Shown piece after piece: positions 19,001-28,387 of a stretch of 64,000 nucleotides of DNA. The notes under the pieces are model-generated. The model was given only the letters and a program-made list of their open reading frames with translations. It did not search any database and was not told the DNA's origin. Every line of letters starts with the position of its first letter. Positions within the stretch are counted from its first letter, which is position 1. The translations under genes were made by a program, and so were the position numbers. This stretch comes from an uncultured Pelosinus sp. (GTDB lineage: Bacteria > Bacillota > Negativicutes > DSM-13327), in NCBI GenBank assembly GCA_963526645.1, contig CAUROG010000007.1, positions 63,607-127,606 on the forward strand, written 5' to 3'.

Positions 19001-19195
19001 GGAGCCGGTGCTGGAGCAAGAAATTCTATGGGCACAGCAGTTGTAGGCGGTATGTTGTCAGCGACAATCCTTGGAATCTTTTTAATCCCTGTACTCTTTG
19101 TTCTGATTGAGCAAGGTGTGAATAAAATTAAAAAAAATAAAGCACATAAAAAAGAAGTAATTATTTCTCCTAGTGGTGAAAATATTACTAAATAG
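16028..19195 (+). CDS. RND efflux permease, HAE1 family (AcrB-like)
   Basis: MAKFFIDRPIFA start; GLVVDDAI, KNAILIVE and RLRPIIMTSLAF motifs. Confidence 0.95.
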   Translation: MAKFFIDRPIFAIVLSILITLVGLISAFNLPVAQYPQITPPQVSVSGSYVGANAEVVEQTMAQLIELQVNGTEDMVSMQSTSSDSGSYSLTAKFDLSKNADMATVQTQNRVAQANASLPAEVTMAGITTRKVSPDNSLIFSLWSPKGSYDSTFLKNFGSINLVEDLKRIKGVGNIMEYGADYGMRIWLQPDKMAQLGLTGSDISAAIATQNVQAPAGTIGQRPSSSQQEFQYTARVQGRLTETKEFENIIISSKDGNVIHLKDVAKVEMGSKDYGFQSFLNGQQSVAFAVQLTTDANALETITKVQETLEAASKKFPSDIAYYSVVDNTKYVRESMKEVAKTFAEALVLVLLVVFLFLQSWRATLIPMLAIPVSLIGTFGAFMVMGFSINTLTLFAMVLAIGLVVDDAIIVIEAVEYHMRYNGLSPKEATKLAMSEVSGPVVAIAFVLASVFIPVAFFGGTTGVLYKQFALTIAVSMALSAIVALSLTPALCALVLKPHDPNAHSGMLERFFSKFNNAFEATVEKYGSGLGKLIKRSALGVVFLVVLLLITGKLFQLVPSSFVPSEDQGFYISSVTLPEAASASRTAAVANKVAEDMRAQPGVSDAIVIQGFDILAGAQKANSAIIFTKLADWNERTGPGLGVQDQVMKVLANSAHVPEARIVSFNAPSLPGIGTVGGFTMMIEDKGGNTIEEMDRVSKEFMAAARKRPEIGMIYSTFGIDTPGYRFDVDREKAEQLGVPVKDVFTALQTFLGGVQVNDFNRFGRSYKVIMQAEEKFRNDVEGTRFFFVRSSSGVMVPLNTLLKPQTITAPPVIKRFNGFRAIQVGGNPAAGYSSGQALTALEEVASQTLPSGFSYEWADQSREEKISGGRAPYVFGFALLFVFLCLAALYESFGIPFAVLLSVPTGIFGAFFFQYVRNLQNDVYMQIGMVMLIGLAAKNAILIVEYAKVRVDKGMDPVTAAIEAAKLRLRPIIMTSLAFIIGCLPLVVATGAGAGARNSMGTAVVGGMLSATILGIFLIPVLFVLIEQGVNKIKKNKAHKKEVIISPSGENITK

Positions 19196-19201
19196 GTAGT
19201 A

Positions 19202-19243
19202 AAGAAAATAAACCCGCTTTTTAAAAAGTGGGTTTATTTTCTT
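19202..19243 (+). terminator. Intrinsic terminator
   Basis: AAGAAAATAAACCCGC...GTGGGTTTATTTTCTT stem. Confidence 0.8.
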
Positions 19244-19300
19244 ACTAAATCAAAAAAATAAATAATAAAAGGAAGATCACGATTAAAGTAGGAGGTCTTT

Positions 19301-20464
19301 ATGATACGAGGATCGGCATCATTGCTCGGAACGATGAACTACGCTCAGAGGCATTCAGATATTTCTTATCAGATTCTTCCTCATGTTGGATATCATATTA
19401 GCGGTGCTGGTTTCGGTTGTTATCGGGTCGATGTATCTGTGTTAGAACATCAACAAGCCCTGGAGAAGGCATTAGTATCAGGGATTAATGTAATTGATAC
19501 CAGTGCCAATTATGCAGATGGTGGATCGGAAGAATTAGTAGGAAAGGTTCTTCATCAATTAGTAGTAAGAGATCAATTGCAGCGGGAAGAGGTTATAGTA
19601 ATTTCTAAGGTTGGGTACTTGCAAGGGAAAAATTATAAGCTGAGCCAAGAACGAAAAGAGGTGGGACATCCTTTCTCTGATCTTGTCTTATATGATGAGG
19701 GACTGGAACATTGCATCCATCCAGAGTTTTTAGCGGATCAACTAACCAAAAGCCTAGAGAGATTAGGCTTGGAAACCATTGATTGTTATCTGCTGCATAA
19801 CCCAGAGTACTATTTAAGTTGGGCAAAAATCCAGAGCCTATCAAAAGAAGAAGCAAGAAGAGAATATCTACGACGCATCAAAGCTGCCTTTATTCATTTG
19901 GAGTCAGAGGTGGCGAAGGGACGTATTTCTTACTATGGGATCAGTTCTAATACCTTTGTACGTCCTAAAAAACATTTTGAATTTACTTCTTTAGCAGAGG
20001 TTTGGCAAATTGCTGAGGCTATATCACCACAACATCATTTTAGAATAATTGAATTCCCTTGCAATCTTTTTGAAACAGGTGCTATAACGGAACGAAATCA
20101 ACCGGAGGATAAAAGCTTACTAGAATTTGCGGTGGATAAGGAATTAGGGGTATTAATTAATAGACCTTTAAATGCCATTCAAGAAGGTCGATTGATTCGT
20201 CTTTCGGAGAAGGTTTATCAAGGAGAGGCTGCTCAGCAAGCAATTGAATTTAAAAATAAAGTAGAGTCGCTGGAAGCAACGTGGAGCAATATACCTACAT
20301 TAAGCCAGTTGGCTGTGCGAGTTTTACGGTCTACTAGAGGAATTTCTTCAGTATTGGTTGGTATGCGCCGCGACGTATATGTGGAAGAGGTTCTTCATGA
20401 ATTAAGGCAAGCTACTAAATCTTCAGATAGAGCAAGTACTTGGCAGCAAATTTGTGAATTATAA
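19301..20464 (+). CDS. Aldo/keto reductase family protein
   Basis: GFGCYR, IDTSANYADG, SKVG and IDCYLLHNP motifs. Confidence 0.85.
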   Translation: MIRGSASLLGTMNYAQRHSDISYQILPHVGYHISGAGFGCYRVDVSVLEHQQALEKALVSGINVIDTSANYADGGSEELVGKVLHQLVVRDQLQREEVIVISKVGYLQGKNYKLSQERKEVGHPFSDLVLYDEGLEHCIHPEFLADQLTKSLERLGLETIDCYLLHNPEYYLSWAKIQSLSKEEARREYLRRIKAAFIHLESEVAKGRISYYGISSNTFVRPKKHFEFTSLAEVWQIAEAISPQHHFRIIEFPCNLFETGAITERNQPEDKSLLEFAVDKELGVLINRPLNAIQEGRLIRLSEKVYQGEAAQQAIEFKNKVESLEATWSNIPTLSQLAVRVLRSTRGISSVLVGMRRDVYVEEVLHELRQATKSSDRASTWQQICEL

Positions 20465-20487
20465 GAGAACCTGTAAAAATCCTTTAG

Positions 20488-20516
20488 TTGAAAAGATAGG
20501 TAAGATATGTTACGAT
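20488..20516 (+). promoter_or_regulatory. SigmaA promoter of the thi operon
   Basis: TTGAAA-N17-TACGAT with extended TG. Confidence 0.7.
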
Positions 20517-20534
20517 GAGCCTGAAAAGAATATT

Positions 20535-20677
20535 TGATGTCAAGGGGAGCTGGAAAGGCTGGCTGAGAGATAGATCTGAAATCTATGACCCTTTAACCTG
20601 ATCTGGGTAATGCCAGCGGAGGGATAGCGATAGAGTCTTTATATATATTAAGCGCATCCTTTGGGATGTGCTTTTTT
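20535..20677 (+). ncRNA. TPP riboswitch with terminator
   Basis: GGGGAGC...GCTGAGA...ACCCTTTAACCTGATCTGGGTAATGCCAGCGGAGGGA core; terminator AAGCGCATCC/GGATGTGCTT plus Ts; lies upstream of thi genes. Confidence 0.95.
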
Positions 20678-20861
20678 ATAGTAGTTGCATTTATAAGTTT
20701 TGAGATAATCTTCTTGCTTTGAGGCGCGCCAAGTTCATATTATTAACTTGCCCCCATTAGCATTTAACCTCTGCTTGTAATAACATGAACCTGTCGCTCG
20801 GGCCATAGGGCAACAAAAGGACACAAAGCATTTTTCTTATCAATATTGAGGGGGAATTTAT

Positions 20862-21668
20862 ATGAAAAAGGTACTAACAATTGCTGGTTCTGATTCCAGT
20901 GGTGGAGCTGGTATTCAAGCAGATTTAAAAGCCTTCTCTGCCCATGGAGTATTTGGTATGAGTGTGATTACGGCAGTGACGGCTCAGAATACCCAAGGGG
21001 TATTTGCAGTACAGGATATTGATATGGCCGTAATTGATAAGCAAATAGAAGCCATTTTTGACGACATAACAGTAGATGCTGTAAAAATTGGCATGGTTTC
21101 CCGAAGTGAGACCATTCAGGCGATAGCAAGTGGACTGAAAAAATATAATGCGCAGAATGTGGTTATCGATCCTGTTATGATATCCAAAAGCGGATATTAT
21201 TTGTTACAGCCAGATGCAGTAGAAGCATTAGTGTCTTGCCTGTTGCCTCTAGCGACTATTTTGACGCCCAACATCCCGGAGGCAGAAGAGATTAGTGGTA
21301 TGAAGATTCATAGCTTAGAAGATATGGAACAAGCAGCTCGTGCTATCCATAAGATGGGCCCTAAATATGTACTCTTAAAAGGAGGACATCGGGAAGAAGA
21401 TGCTACTGATATCTTCTTCGATGGAGAAACATGCCGGCATTTAAGTACACCGCGAATTGCCACAACAAATACCCATGGCACAGGCTGTACCTTGTCAGCT
21501 GCTATTGCAGCTAATTTGGCGAGAGGTTATTTGGACCAAGAGGCAGTTACAAGAGCAAAAGAGTATATTCACACGGCTATAGATCATTCTTTTGCTATTG
21601 GAAAAGGAGTTGGCCCAGTCCATCATTTCTATAATTTATATAAAAGTGCAGGTATGTTAGATGAATGA
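20862..21668 (+). CDS. thiD: Hydroxymethylpyrimidine/phosphomethylpyrimidine kinase
   Basis: IAGSDSSGGAGIQAD and THGTGCT motifs. Confidence 0.95.
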   Translation: MKKVLTIAGSDSSGGAGIQADLKAFSAHGVFGMSVITAVTAQNTQGVFAVQDIDMAVIDKQIEAIFDDITVDAVKIGMVSRSETIQAIASGLKKYNAQNVVIDPVMISKSGYYLLQPDAVEALVSCLLPLATILTPNIPEAEEISGMKIHSLEDMEQAARAIHKMGPKYVLLKGGHREEDATDIFFDGETCRHLSTPRIATTNTHGTGCTLSAAIAANLARGYLDQEAVTRAKEYIHTAIDHSFAIGKGVGPVHHFYNLYKSAGMLDE

Positions 21669-22890
21669 AGCAAGTAATACATTAGGTTTTAATCACTTTT
21701 TATTTTTGTGGTTTGGTGCTGCTGTATCCATTGCGGAGATTTTAACAGGCGGGCTTTTAGCGCCCCTTGGATTTCAAAGTGGGATAGTAGCCATTGTGAT
21801 TGGTCATATCGTCGGTACGACAATTCTAGTGTTAGGTGGTATCATTGGCACCCAGGAAAGAATACCAGCTATTGTTTCTACTCGAATCTCTTTCGGCGTG
21901 TATGGATCTTATTTATTTTCTGTGCTCAATGTTCTGCAGCTTGTAGGCTGGACTGCAGTTATGATTATTGCGGCTGCTCGATCAGCTAATGAGATTAGTA
22001 AGATGCTGTGGGGAATGGATCAGCTCTCTCTATGGAGTATGGGGATTGGTGCCTTAGTCTTAGCATGGATTGCTCTTGGTAGAGAGGGTGGCTTGAAAAA
22101 GGTTAATATGTTGGCTGTATTTCTCTTGTTTGGGATTACTGTGGTATTAAGTACTGTGGTATTTAAAGATAGTACCGCCTTAAGTGCGCCTCCAGTTGGA
22201 GGAATGTCCTTTGGTGAAGCCTTGGAGCTAAGTGTTATTATGCCATTGTCTTGGTTGCCACTCATTGCTGATTATACTCGCTTTGCCAAAAGTAAAAAAA
22301 GTGCAGCTTTAGGGAGTGGACTAGGTTATTTTATCGGTAGTTGTTGGATGTATATCATTGGACTAGGCGCTGCTATCATTGCTGGTAATCCAGAGCCTTC
22401 CGCTATGATGTTGGCTGCTAATTTAGGCTTGTCAGCCTTAGGTATTGTAGTATTAGCAACCATCACTACTACGTTTCTGGATGCCTATTCAGCAGGTGTT
22501 AGTTTTTCCAATATATTCCCAGAATTAGATGAAAAAAAGATAGCTTTAGTTATGACTGTAATTGGCACAGGCGTAGCGTTATGGCTAGATATAGAGCAGT
22601 ATGAAAATTTCCTAATTGCCATTGGCTCTGTTTTTGCTCCATTGTTCGCAGTGCTATTGACAGAATATTTTATTCTAAAAAATAGGCAGCTGAGTCCAGA
22701 ACTCCTTGTGAATTGGAGTGCTCTGGGAGTGTGGGCCTTTGGGGTATTCCTGTATCATCAGTTTATTACTATGGAGTTTGTATTGGGAGCAACCATACCT
22801 GTTCTCGTGATTACATCATTGATCTATAAAATAATTTGGGGGTATACGAAAGAATGGAAATCCTGCAAGAAGTATCTGAAAGTCTCTTAG
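21661..22890 (+). CDS. cytX: Hydroxymethylpyrimidine transporter (NCS1 family)
   Basis: LWFGAAVSIAE and MPLSWLPLIADY motifs; thi operon context. Confidence 0.88.
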   Translation: MNEASNTLGFNHFLFLWFGAAVSIAEILTGGLLAPLGFQSGIVAIVIGHIVGTTILVLGGIIGTQERIPAIVSTRISFGVYGSYLFSVLNVLQLVGWTAVMIIAAARSANEISKMLWGMDQLSLWSMGIGALVLAWIALGREGGLKKVNMLAVFLLFGITVVLSTVVFKDSTALSAPPVGGMSFGEALELSVIMPLSWLPLIADYTRFAKSKKSAALGSGLGYFIGSCWMYIIGLGAAIIAGNPEPSAMMLAANLGLSALGIVVLATITTTFLDAYSAGVSFSNIFPELDEKKIALVMTVIGTGVALWLDIEQYENFLIAIGSVFAPLFAVLLTEYFILKNRQLSPELLVNWSALGVWAFGVFLYHQFITMEFVLGATIPVLVITSLIYKIIWGYTKEWKSCKKYLKVS

Positions 22891-23666
22891 TTTTAAAAAA
22901 TAAAAAGCCTTTGGTGCATCATATTACCAACTATGTGACTGTAAACGATTGTGCAAATATAACATTGGCAATTGGCGCGTCCCCAGTTATGGCAGATGAT
23001 ATAGGAGAAGTAGAAGAAATGGTTTCTTTTGCATCTTCCTTAGTGTTAAACATAGGCACTTTGAATTCGCGGAGTATTGAATCTATGGTAGCGGTTGGTA
23101 AAAAGGCGAAAAAAAGAGGTATTCCCATTGTTTTTGATCCTGTGGGGGTAGGGGCAACGAGTCTTCGCACTACTACTGCTAAAAAAATTATTGAAGAACT
23201 TCGCCCGTCTGTTATTCGTGGTAACATGTCAGAAATGAAAATTCTGGCTGGCTTTGATGCAGATATTAAGGGTGTCGATTCTATCGCTGATGAGGTAGAT
23301 GGAGAAAAAGTAGCTAGGCAGCTTTCTCAAAAGCTGGGCTGTATAATTGCCATTACTGGTAAGCAGGATGTCATTGCCCAGGGAGATCGAGTTTGCTTAA
23401 TTGATAATGGTCATCCTATTTTATCCCAAGTTACAGGTACAGGATGTATGGCTACGTCATTGATTGCTTGTTTCTGCGGGGCTGCAGAAGATTGGTTTGT
23501 AGGAGCGGTAGCCGGAGTCATGACTATGGGGCTAGCAGGAGAGTTGGCACAACAATCTTTGCAGACAGGAGAAGGTATTGGAACCTTTCGTGCTAGACTA
23601 TTTGATGCCGTGTGGTCTATGACGCCAGAGCTTATGAGGAAAGGTGGCAGCATCACTAATGGATAA
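22854..23666 (+). CDS. thiM: Hydroxyethylthiazole kinase
   Basis: PLVHHITNYVT, DPVGVGA and VTGTGC motifs; ATG 22854 preferred. Confidence 0.95.
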   Translation: MEILQEVSESLLVLKNKKPLVHHITNYVTVNDCANITLAIGASPVMADDIGEVEEMVSFASSLVLNIGTLNSRSIESMVAVGKKAKKRGIPIVFDPVGVGATSLRTTTAKKIIEELRPSVIRGNMSEMKILAGFDADIKGVDSIADEVDGEKVARQLSQKLGCIIAITGKQDVIAQGDRVCLIDNGHPILSQVTGTGCMATSLIACFCGAAEDWFVGAVAGVMTMGLAGELAQQSLQTGEGIGTFRARLFDAVWSMTPELMRKGGSITNG

Positions 23667-24288
23667 AGAAGCGATTGATTATTTGTTGTATTTAGTAACC
23701 GATCGGGATTTACTAGGGAATAAGGATCTTGCGGTAACCGTTGAAGAGGCCATTAAAGGTGGCGTTACCTTGGTGCAAATTCGTGAGAAAAATGTATCTA
23801 CTTTGGATTTTTTTCAACTGGCCCTAGGGATAAAAGAGATTACGACAAAACATGGTGTTCCTTTTATCGTAAACGATCGGATAGATATAGCATTAGCGGT
23901 AGATGCTGATGGTGTCCATATTGGACAAGAGGATATACCTTTAACTGTGGCCAGAAAAATATTAGGGCCTGATAAAATCATTGGTGTATCTGTCTCAACA
24001 TTAGAACAAGCCTTGGCAGCACAACGTGAGGGCGCGGATTACCTGGGAATCGGTGCAGTGTTTCCTACCACGACAAAAGGTGATGCGAATAGCGTAAGCT
24101 TAGAAGACTTGCAGAAAATAAAAGCAGAAATTACTATTCCAGTTGTCGCCATTGGCGGAATTAATAAAAACAACATTCATAATGTGATGGAGACAGGAGT
24201 GAGTGGGGCAGCAGTTGTATCGGCTATTATTGCTTGTTCAGATCCCTATGAAGCAGCCTTACACCTTCGTCGTGTAATGAAAGTATAG
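23659..24288 (+). CDS. thiE: Thiamine-phosphate synthase
   Basis: QIREK, NDRID, HIGQED and FPTTTK motifs. Confidence 0.95.
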   Translation: MDKEAIDYLLYLVTDRDLLGNKDLAVTVEEAIKGGVTLVQIREKNVSTLDFFQLALGIKEITTKHGVPFIVNDRIDIALAVDADGVHIGQEDIPLTVARKILGPDKIIGVSVSTLEQALAAQREGADYLGIGAVFPTTTKGDANSVSLEDLQKIKAEITIPVVAIGGINKNNIHNVMETGVSGAAVVSAIIACSDPYEAALHLRRVMKV

Positions 24289-24300
24289 AATATCGCAGAA

Positions 24301-24346
24301 TCCTGCAAAGTTTACCGTGAAAATTTTGCAGGAGTTTTTCTTTTTT
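24301..24346 (+). terminator. Intrinsic terminator
   Basis: TCCTGCAAA...TTTGCAGGA stem plus T tract. Confidence 0.7.
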
Positions 24347-24455
24347 AAGCCGAAGTTGTAAAGTTGCATCGAATATGGTATAAAGGACATAGGTTAATCT
24401 CATTTAATAGAGGCAATAAGCGTAATGAAGTGTGAAAAGATAGGAGTGTTATGGA

Positions 24456-24893
24456 ATGAAAGACCAGAATGAACTCAAGAAGAAACTAACTGCGATTCAA
24501 TATGAAGTAACACAGAATAAGGGAACAGAACCTGCTTTTCAAAATGAATATTGGAATCATAAACAGGCTGGTATTTATGTAGATGTTGTGTCAGGAGAGC
24601 CTTTGTTTACGTCTTTAGATAAATTTGATTCTGGTTGTGGATGGCCAAGTTTTACAAAGCCTATAGAGGAAAGAGTTATTAAGGAAAAAGCAGATTATAG
24701 CCATTTGATGATTCGCACAGAAGTTCGCAGTAAAGAAGGAGATTCTCATTTGGGACATGTATTTAATGATGGTCCTGCTCCCACTAGATTGCGTTATTGT
24801 ATTAATTCGTCTGCTTTACGTTTTATCCCTAAAGAGGATTTAGAAAAATCAGGATATGGACAATATGCTCAATTATTTGATAAGGAGAAATAA
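24456..24893 (+). CDS. msrB: Peptide-methionine (R)-S-oxide reductase, zinc-free type
   Basis: GCGWPSF, HLGHVF and RYCINS motifs; no CxxC zinc pairs. Confidence 0.95.
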   Translation: MKDQNELKKKLTAIQYEVTQNKGTEPAFQNEYWNHKQAGIYVDVVSGEPLFTSLDKFDSGCGWPSFTKPIEERVIKEKADYSHLMIRTEVRSKEGDSHLGHVFNDGPAPTRLRYCINSSALRFIPKEDLEKSGYGQYAQLFDKEK

Positions 24894-24906
24894 ATGGTAG
24901 GCTTTC

Positions 24907-25593
24907 ATGAAATATAATCATATAATACAGGGTATTTTTATAAAACGTATGAATCGATTTGTTGCCCATGTATGGATAGATGGCATAGAAGAAGTGGTTC
25001 ATGTGAAAAATACGGGCAGGTGCCGAGAGCTATTTATTGCAGGGGCTACAGTGATTCTGGAAAGATCACAAAATCCGCAGAGGAAAACAAGATTTTCTGT
25101 AATTGGTATTTATAAAGGAAGCCAATTGATCAATATCGACTCTCAAGTGCCTAATCATGTTGTTTTTGAAGCATTGCAAATTGGCCGTATTGCAGAAATA
25201 GCAGAGATAGATATGGTGAAAAAAGAAGTAACCTATGGAAATTCTAGGTTCGATCTTTATTTCCAAGCCGATGGTTATAGAGGATTCATTGAAGTTAAAG
25301 GTGTAACCCTTGAAGAAGACGGTCTGGTAATGTTTCCCGATGCTCCAACTGTGAGAGGGACTAAGCATGTTCATGAAATGATCAAAGCCGTTGAGAATGG
25401 CTATAAGGGATACATCTTTTTTCTGATCCAGATGAAAGGTGTAAAAAGTTTTAGTCCTAATAGTAAAACAGATTCGAATTTTGCAGCAGCATTAAAGCTT
25501 GCCGTCCAAAAAGGTGTTATACTGTTAGCATATGACTCTTTGGTCAGAGAAGATGAAATTATAATCGGAGATAGAGTGGAGATAGTACTGTGA
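24907..25593 (+). CDS. sfsA: DNA/RNA nuclease SfsA
   Basis: RMNRF, HVKNTGR, SRFD, EVKGVTL and FPDAPTVRG motifs. Confidence 0.93.
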   Translation: MKYNHIIQGIFIKRMNRFVAHVWIDGIEEVVHVKNTGRCRELFIAGATVILERSQNPQRKTRFSVIGIYKGSQLINIDSQVPNHVVFEALQIGRIAEIAEIDMVKKEVTYGNSRFDLYFQADGYRGFIEVKGVTLEEDGLVMFPDAPTVRGTKHVHEMIKAVENGYKGYIFFLIQMKGVKSFSPNSKTDSNFAAALKLAVQKGVILLAYDSLVREDEIIIGDRVEIVL

Positions 25594-25642
25594 TCTTTTG
25601 AGAAACATCTATGTTTTTGTGGAGTGCTAGGAAAGTATGATT

Positions 25643-25713
25643 AACCACAGAGGCACAGAGTATGCAGGGGGATTTTTAAACCCTGTTTATCTTTTCTCTG
25701 CGTCTTTGTGGTT
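25643..25713. repeat. REP-like inverted repeat
   Basis: AACCACAGAGGCACAGAG ... CTCTGCGTCTTTGTGGTT (15/18 complementary). Confidence 0.6.
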
Positions 25714-25756
25714 CAAAAAGATATGTTAGAATTTTTATTAATAGGGAGGATAATTT

Positions 25757-26653
25757 ATGTATTTTGACACTGCTGAAGGGCCAGTATTTCGACCGCCCAG
25801 TGAAGCGGAAAGTTTTATTTTGCGAGTAACCATAGGATGTTCTCATAATCGCTGTACCTATTGTAATATGTATAGGACGGTTGATTTTCGTATGCGGACT
25901 ATGGATGAAATCATGGCACAAATTAACCATGCCAAAGGATACAAGGATTTTATTCGCCGTATCTTTTTGGCGGACGGTAATGCTCTGGTGTTGCCAACGG
26001 ATAAACTATTGGAAATTTTAAGAGTACTGCAAGAGAATTTTCCCAAACTTACCAGAGTCTCCTGTTATGCTGGTCCTAATGATATTTTACGTAAGACGCC
26101 AAAAGAACTGCGGAGCTTGGCAGAAGCAGGCTTAAAATTAGTGTATTATGGTATGGAGTCAGGGGATGATGAAGTACTGCTTCATGTGAATAAGGGTGTT
26201 ACGGCCCAACAATCCATTGAGGCAGGGCAGAAGATCGTAGCTGCTGGCATAAAACTGTCTATAATGGTGATTATCGGTCTTGGTGGAAAGGCAGGTTCTA
26301 AGAGGCATGCTTACCATACTGCTCAGGCTGTAAATGCCATTCGTCCGACGATGCTTAGTGCTTTAACTTTAATGATGTATCGGGGAAGTGAACTGCGGGC
26401 TGAATATGAACGTGGTGAATTTGAGATACTATCGCCAACTGAGATCATGGGCGAATTATATGAATTGATTCATGCCATTGATTTGCCGAGTGAAGCTCAT
26501 TGTTTATTCCGTAGTAATCACATTTCCAATTATGTGGCCTTAGCAGGTACATTGCCTCATGATAAAGAAAAACTACTGGATGACAGTAAGAAGGCAATGG
26601 AACATTTGGCTACTATGACGGATTGGGACCCTTATAATAATACAGAAATATAG
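25757..26653 (+). CDS. Radical SAM protein of unknown function
   Basis: CSHNRCTYC motif; FLADGNAL, GMESG and FRSNHISNY. Confidence 0.9.
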   Translation: MYFDTAEGPVFRPPSEAESFILRVTIGCSHNRCTYCNMYRTVDFRMRTMDEIMAQINHAKGYKDFIRRIFLADGNALVLPTDKLLEILRVLQENFPKLTRVSCYAGPNDILRKTPKELRSLAEAGLKLVYYGMESGDDEVLLHVNKGVTAQQSIEAGQKIVAAGIKLSIMVIIGLGGKAGSKRHAYHTAQAVNAIRPTMLSALTLMMYRGSELRAEYERGEFEILSPTEIMGELYELIHAIDLPSEAHCLFRSNHISNYVALAGTLPHDKEKLLDDSKKAMEHLATMTDWDPYNNTEI

Positions 26654-26696
26654 CAAGAGCCGTGATCCGAGATACCCTCTTGTTAAAAGAAAATAG

Positions 26697-28073
26697 TTGC
26701 TAAGAGCAGGAGATGGTATTTTGAAAACGATAATAAGACATATACGTATAATCAGTATTGTGTTGCTCTTCTTGCAGCCAATGACTGGCTATGCGGGAGC
26801 ATTAGAAGAATATGAAGAAGCCCGTACCATATATTTAGCTGCGATTGCTTGTACGGCTGCATATAACGATCGAGTAGGAAGTATTGCCCGGGATGCATTG
26901 GAGGAAAATGGCTGGGATATACAGTCTTATGTAGAGAAAAGTACTCAAGCAGATGCAAGGTTTTTAGTGGCTAAAAAAAATCAGCCAGGGAGTACAGCAC
27001 CTTCTTATTTACTTTCTGCAGTGGGAACAGAGAATATAAAGGATGTAAAAGTCGATTTACGAGTGGGCAAGGTTTATTTCTCTGGAAAAAGCCCAGAAGA
27101 ATTTTCTGCTAATACTCTGCGTAAAGATATGCCTGATAGTGTTCCCAAGGTGCACAAGGGCTTTAATCAATATGTTCAGGCTGGATTAGCAAGAGAAATA
27201 GGTGAGGAACATTCTACCTCTGAAAAGTCTTTGCTGAAAATGCTGTTAGAAAATAAGGATCAAAAAGTATATTTAGTCGGCCATAGCTTAGGCGGAGCTG
27301 GTGTTACTTTAGGAGGAGCCAGACTTTTAGATATGGGAGTTAGGCCAGAGCAGATTGAGGTGATTACCTTTGGCGCACCAGCAGTCGGTAATAAGGCGTT
27401 TCGTGATAAGTTTGAGCCTATTTTACATCTCACTCGCGTAGTGACTTCTGGTGATCCTGTGACTGGGGCTTTGCAAAAGCTGGTGGGTGGATATGAACAG
27501 TTTGGGCGGGAGATGCGTTGGAAGACATCAGGAGTTGAAAATGCTGACCCTCATCAAATTATTTTATATTTAGATTTGGCCACTAAAAATTACTATCAAA
27601 AAAGACAACAGGCTGTGTTGTCAGGAGAATTGTCAATACCTAATGAGGCAGGTGCTATAGGTTCGCCTCGAGTGTATGTTGCACCCATAAAAAATAAATT
27701 ACCCGAGGAGCTGCGCAAAGAATTTATTTATATGAAGGAAGCCCTTCAAGATGAATATCGAAGCACTTTACCAGGATATGTATTAGATATGGAAGACGAA
27801 GATAAAGATGTATTTAAGAAAGCCGCTGCCGCTAACTGTGAGTGGGTAGTGATGTCTGAAATACAGGCCCAAAAGGTTAAAAATGAGGAAAATACGCGTT
27901 ATATTACCCTGGAACAGCGCGTATATCAGGTAAAAGATGGCTCTATTGTTACTGCTGCAAGTTATGGAAGCAGTACGCGAAATCTTACATCTCTTGAGGC
28001 TCTCATTCATAATGCTAAAGAAATGAGTGAAAGCAGGCAAGATTGGTTAGGATCGCTTGACAAAACAAACTGA
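26697..28073 (+). CDS. Secreted class 3 lipase with extra C-terminal domain
   Basis: VHKGF, GHSLGG, TFGAP and DPV motifs; signal peptide; true start probably slightly downstream. Confidence 0.85.
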   Translation: MLRAGDGILKTIIRHIRIISIVLLFLQPMTGYAGALEEYEEARTIYLAAIACTAAYNDRVGSIARDALEENGWDIQSYVEKSTQADARFLVAKKNQPGSTAPSYLLSAVGTENIKDVKVDLRVGKVYFSGKSPEEFSANTLRKDMPDSVPKVHKGFNQYVQAGLAREIGEEHSTSEKSLLKMLLENKDQKVYLVGHSLGGAGVTLGGARLLDMGVRPEQIEVITFGAPAVGNKAFRDKFEPILHLTRVVTSGDPVTGALQKLVGGYEQFGREMRWKTSGVENADPHQIILYLDLATKNYYQKRQQAVLSGELSIPNEAGAIGSPRVYVAPIKNKLPEELRKEFIYMKEALQDEYRSTLPGYVLDMEDEDKDVFKKAAAANCEWVVMSEIQAQKVKNEENTRYITLEQRVYQVKDGSIVTAASYGSSTRNLTSLEALIHNAKEMSESRQDWLGSLDKTN

Positions 28074-28095
28074 AAATATAATTTAAATATTATTA

Positions 28096-28130
28096 GTAAT
28101 AAAGTAGGAGCAATGCTCCTGCTTTATTAC
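28096..28130 (+). terminator. Probable intrinsic terminator
   Basis: GTAATAAAGTAGGAGC-AAT-GCTCCTGCTTTATTAC. Confidence 0.75.
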
Positions 28131-28223
28131 GGAATCAAGATAGTATAGCGCCTTTTTGATTCCAAGTATGACGAGGCTTCTGCCTGTGTATCCAGGACTT
28201 GGCACAAGCCAAGTCTTTTCTTA
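28131..28223. repeat. Two-hairpin palindromic element, possibly a dispersed repeat
   Basis: GGAATCAAGA..TTTTGATTCC and GACTTGGC-ACAA-GCCAAGTC. Confidence 0.45.
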
Positions 28224-28387
28224 TACTCTTATCGCGTTGTAACAGATTAGTTTTGTACTAATTTAAGATGAGGTAATAGTCAAATGATTTTAAAATAGAG
28301 TTATAATTTATGATAAAAAGAAAATATTGGAAAATAGATACAGGAGAAAACAGTAGAACTCCTAATATATATAATAGTACTTTTTAA

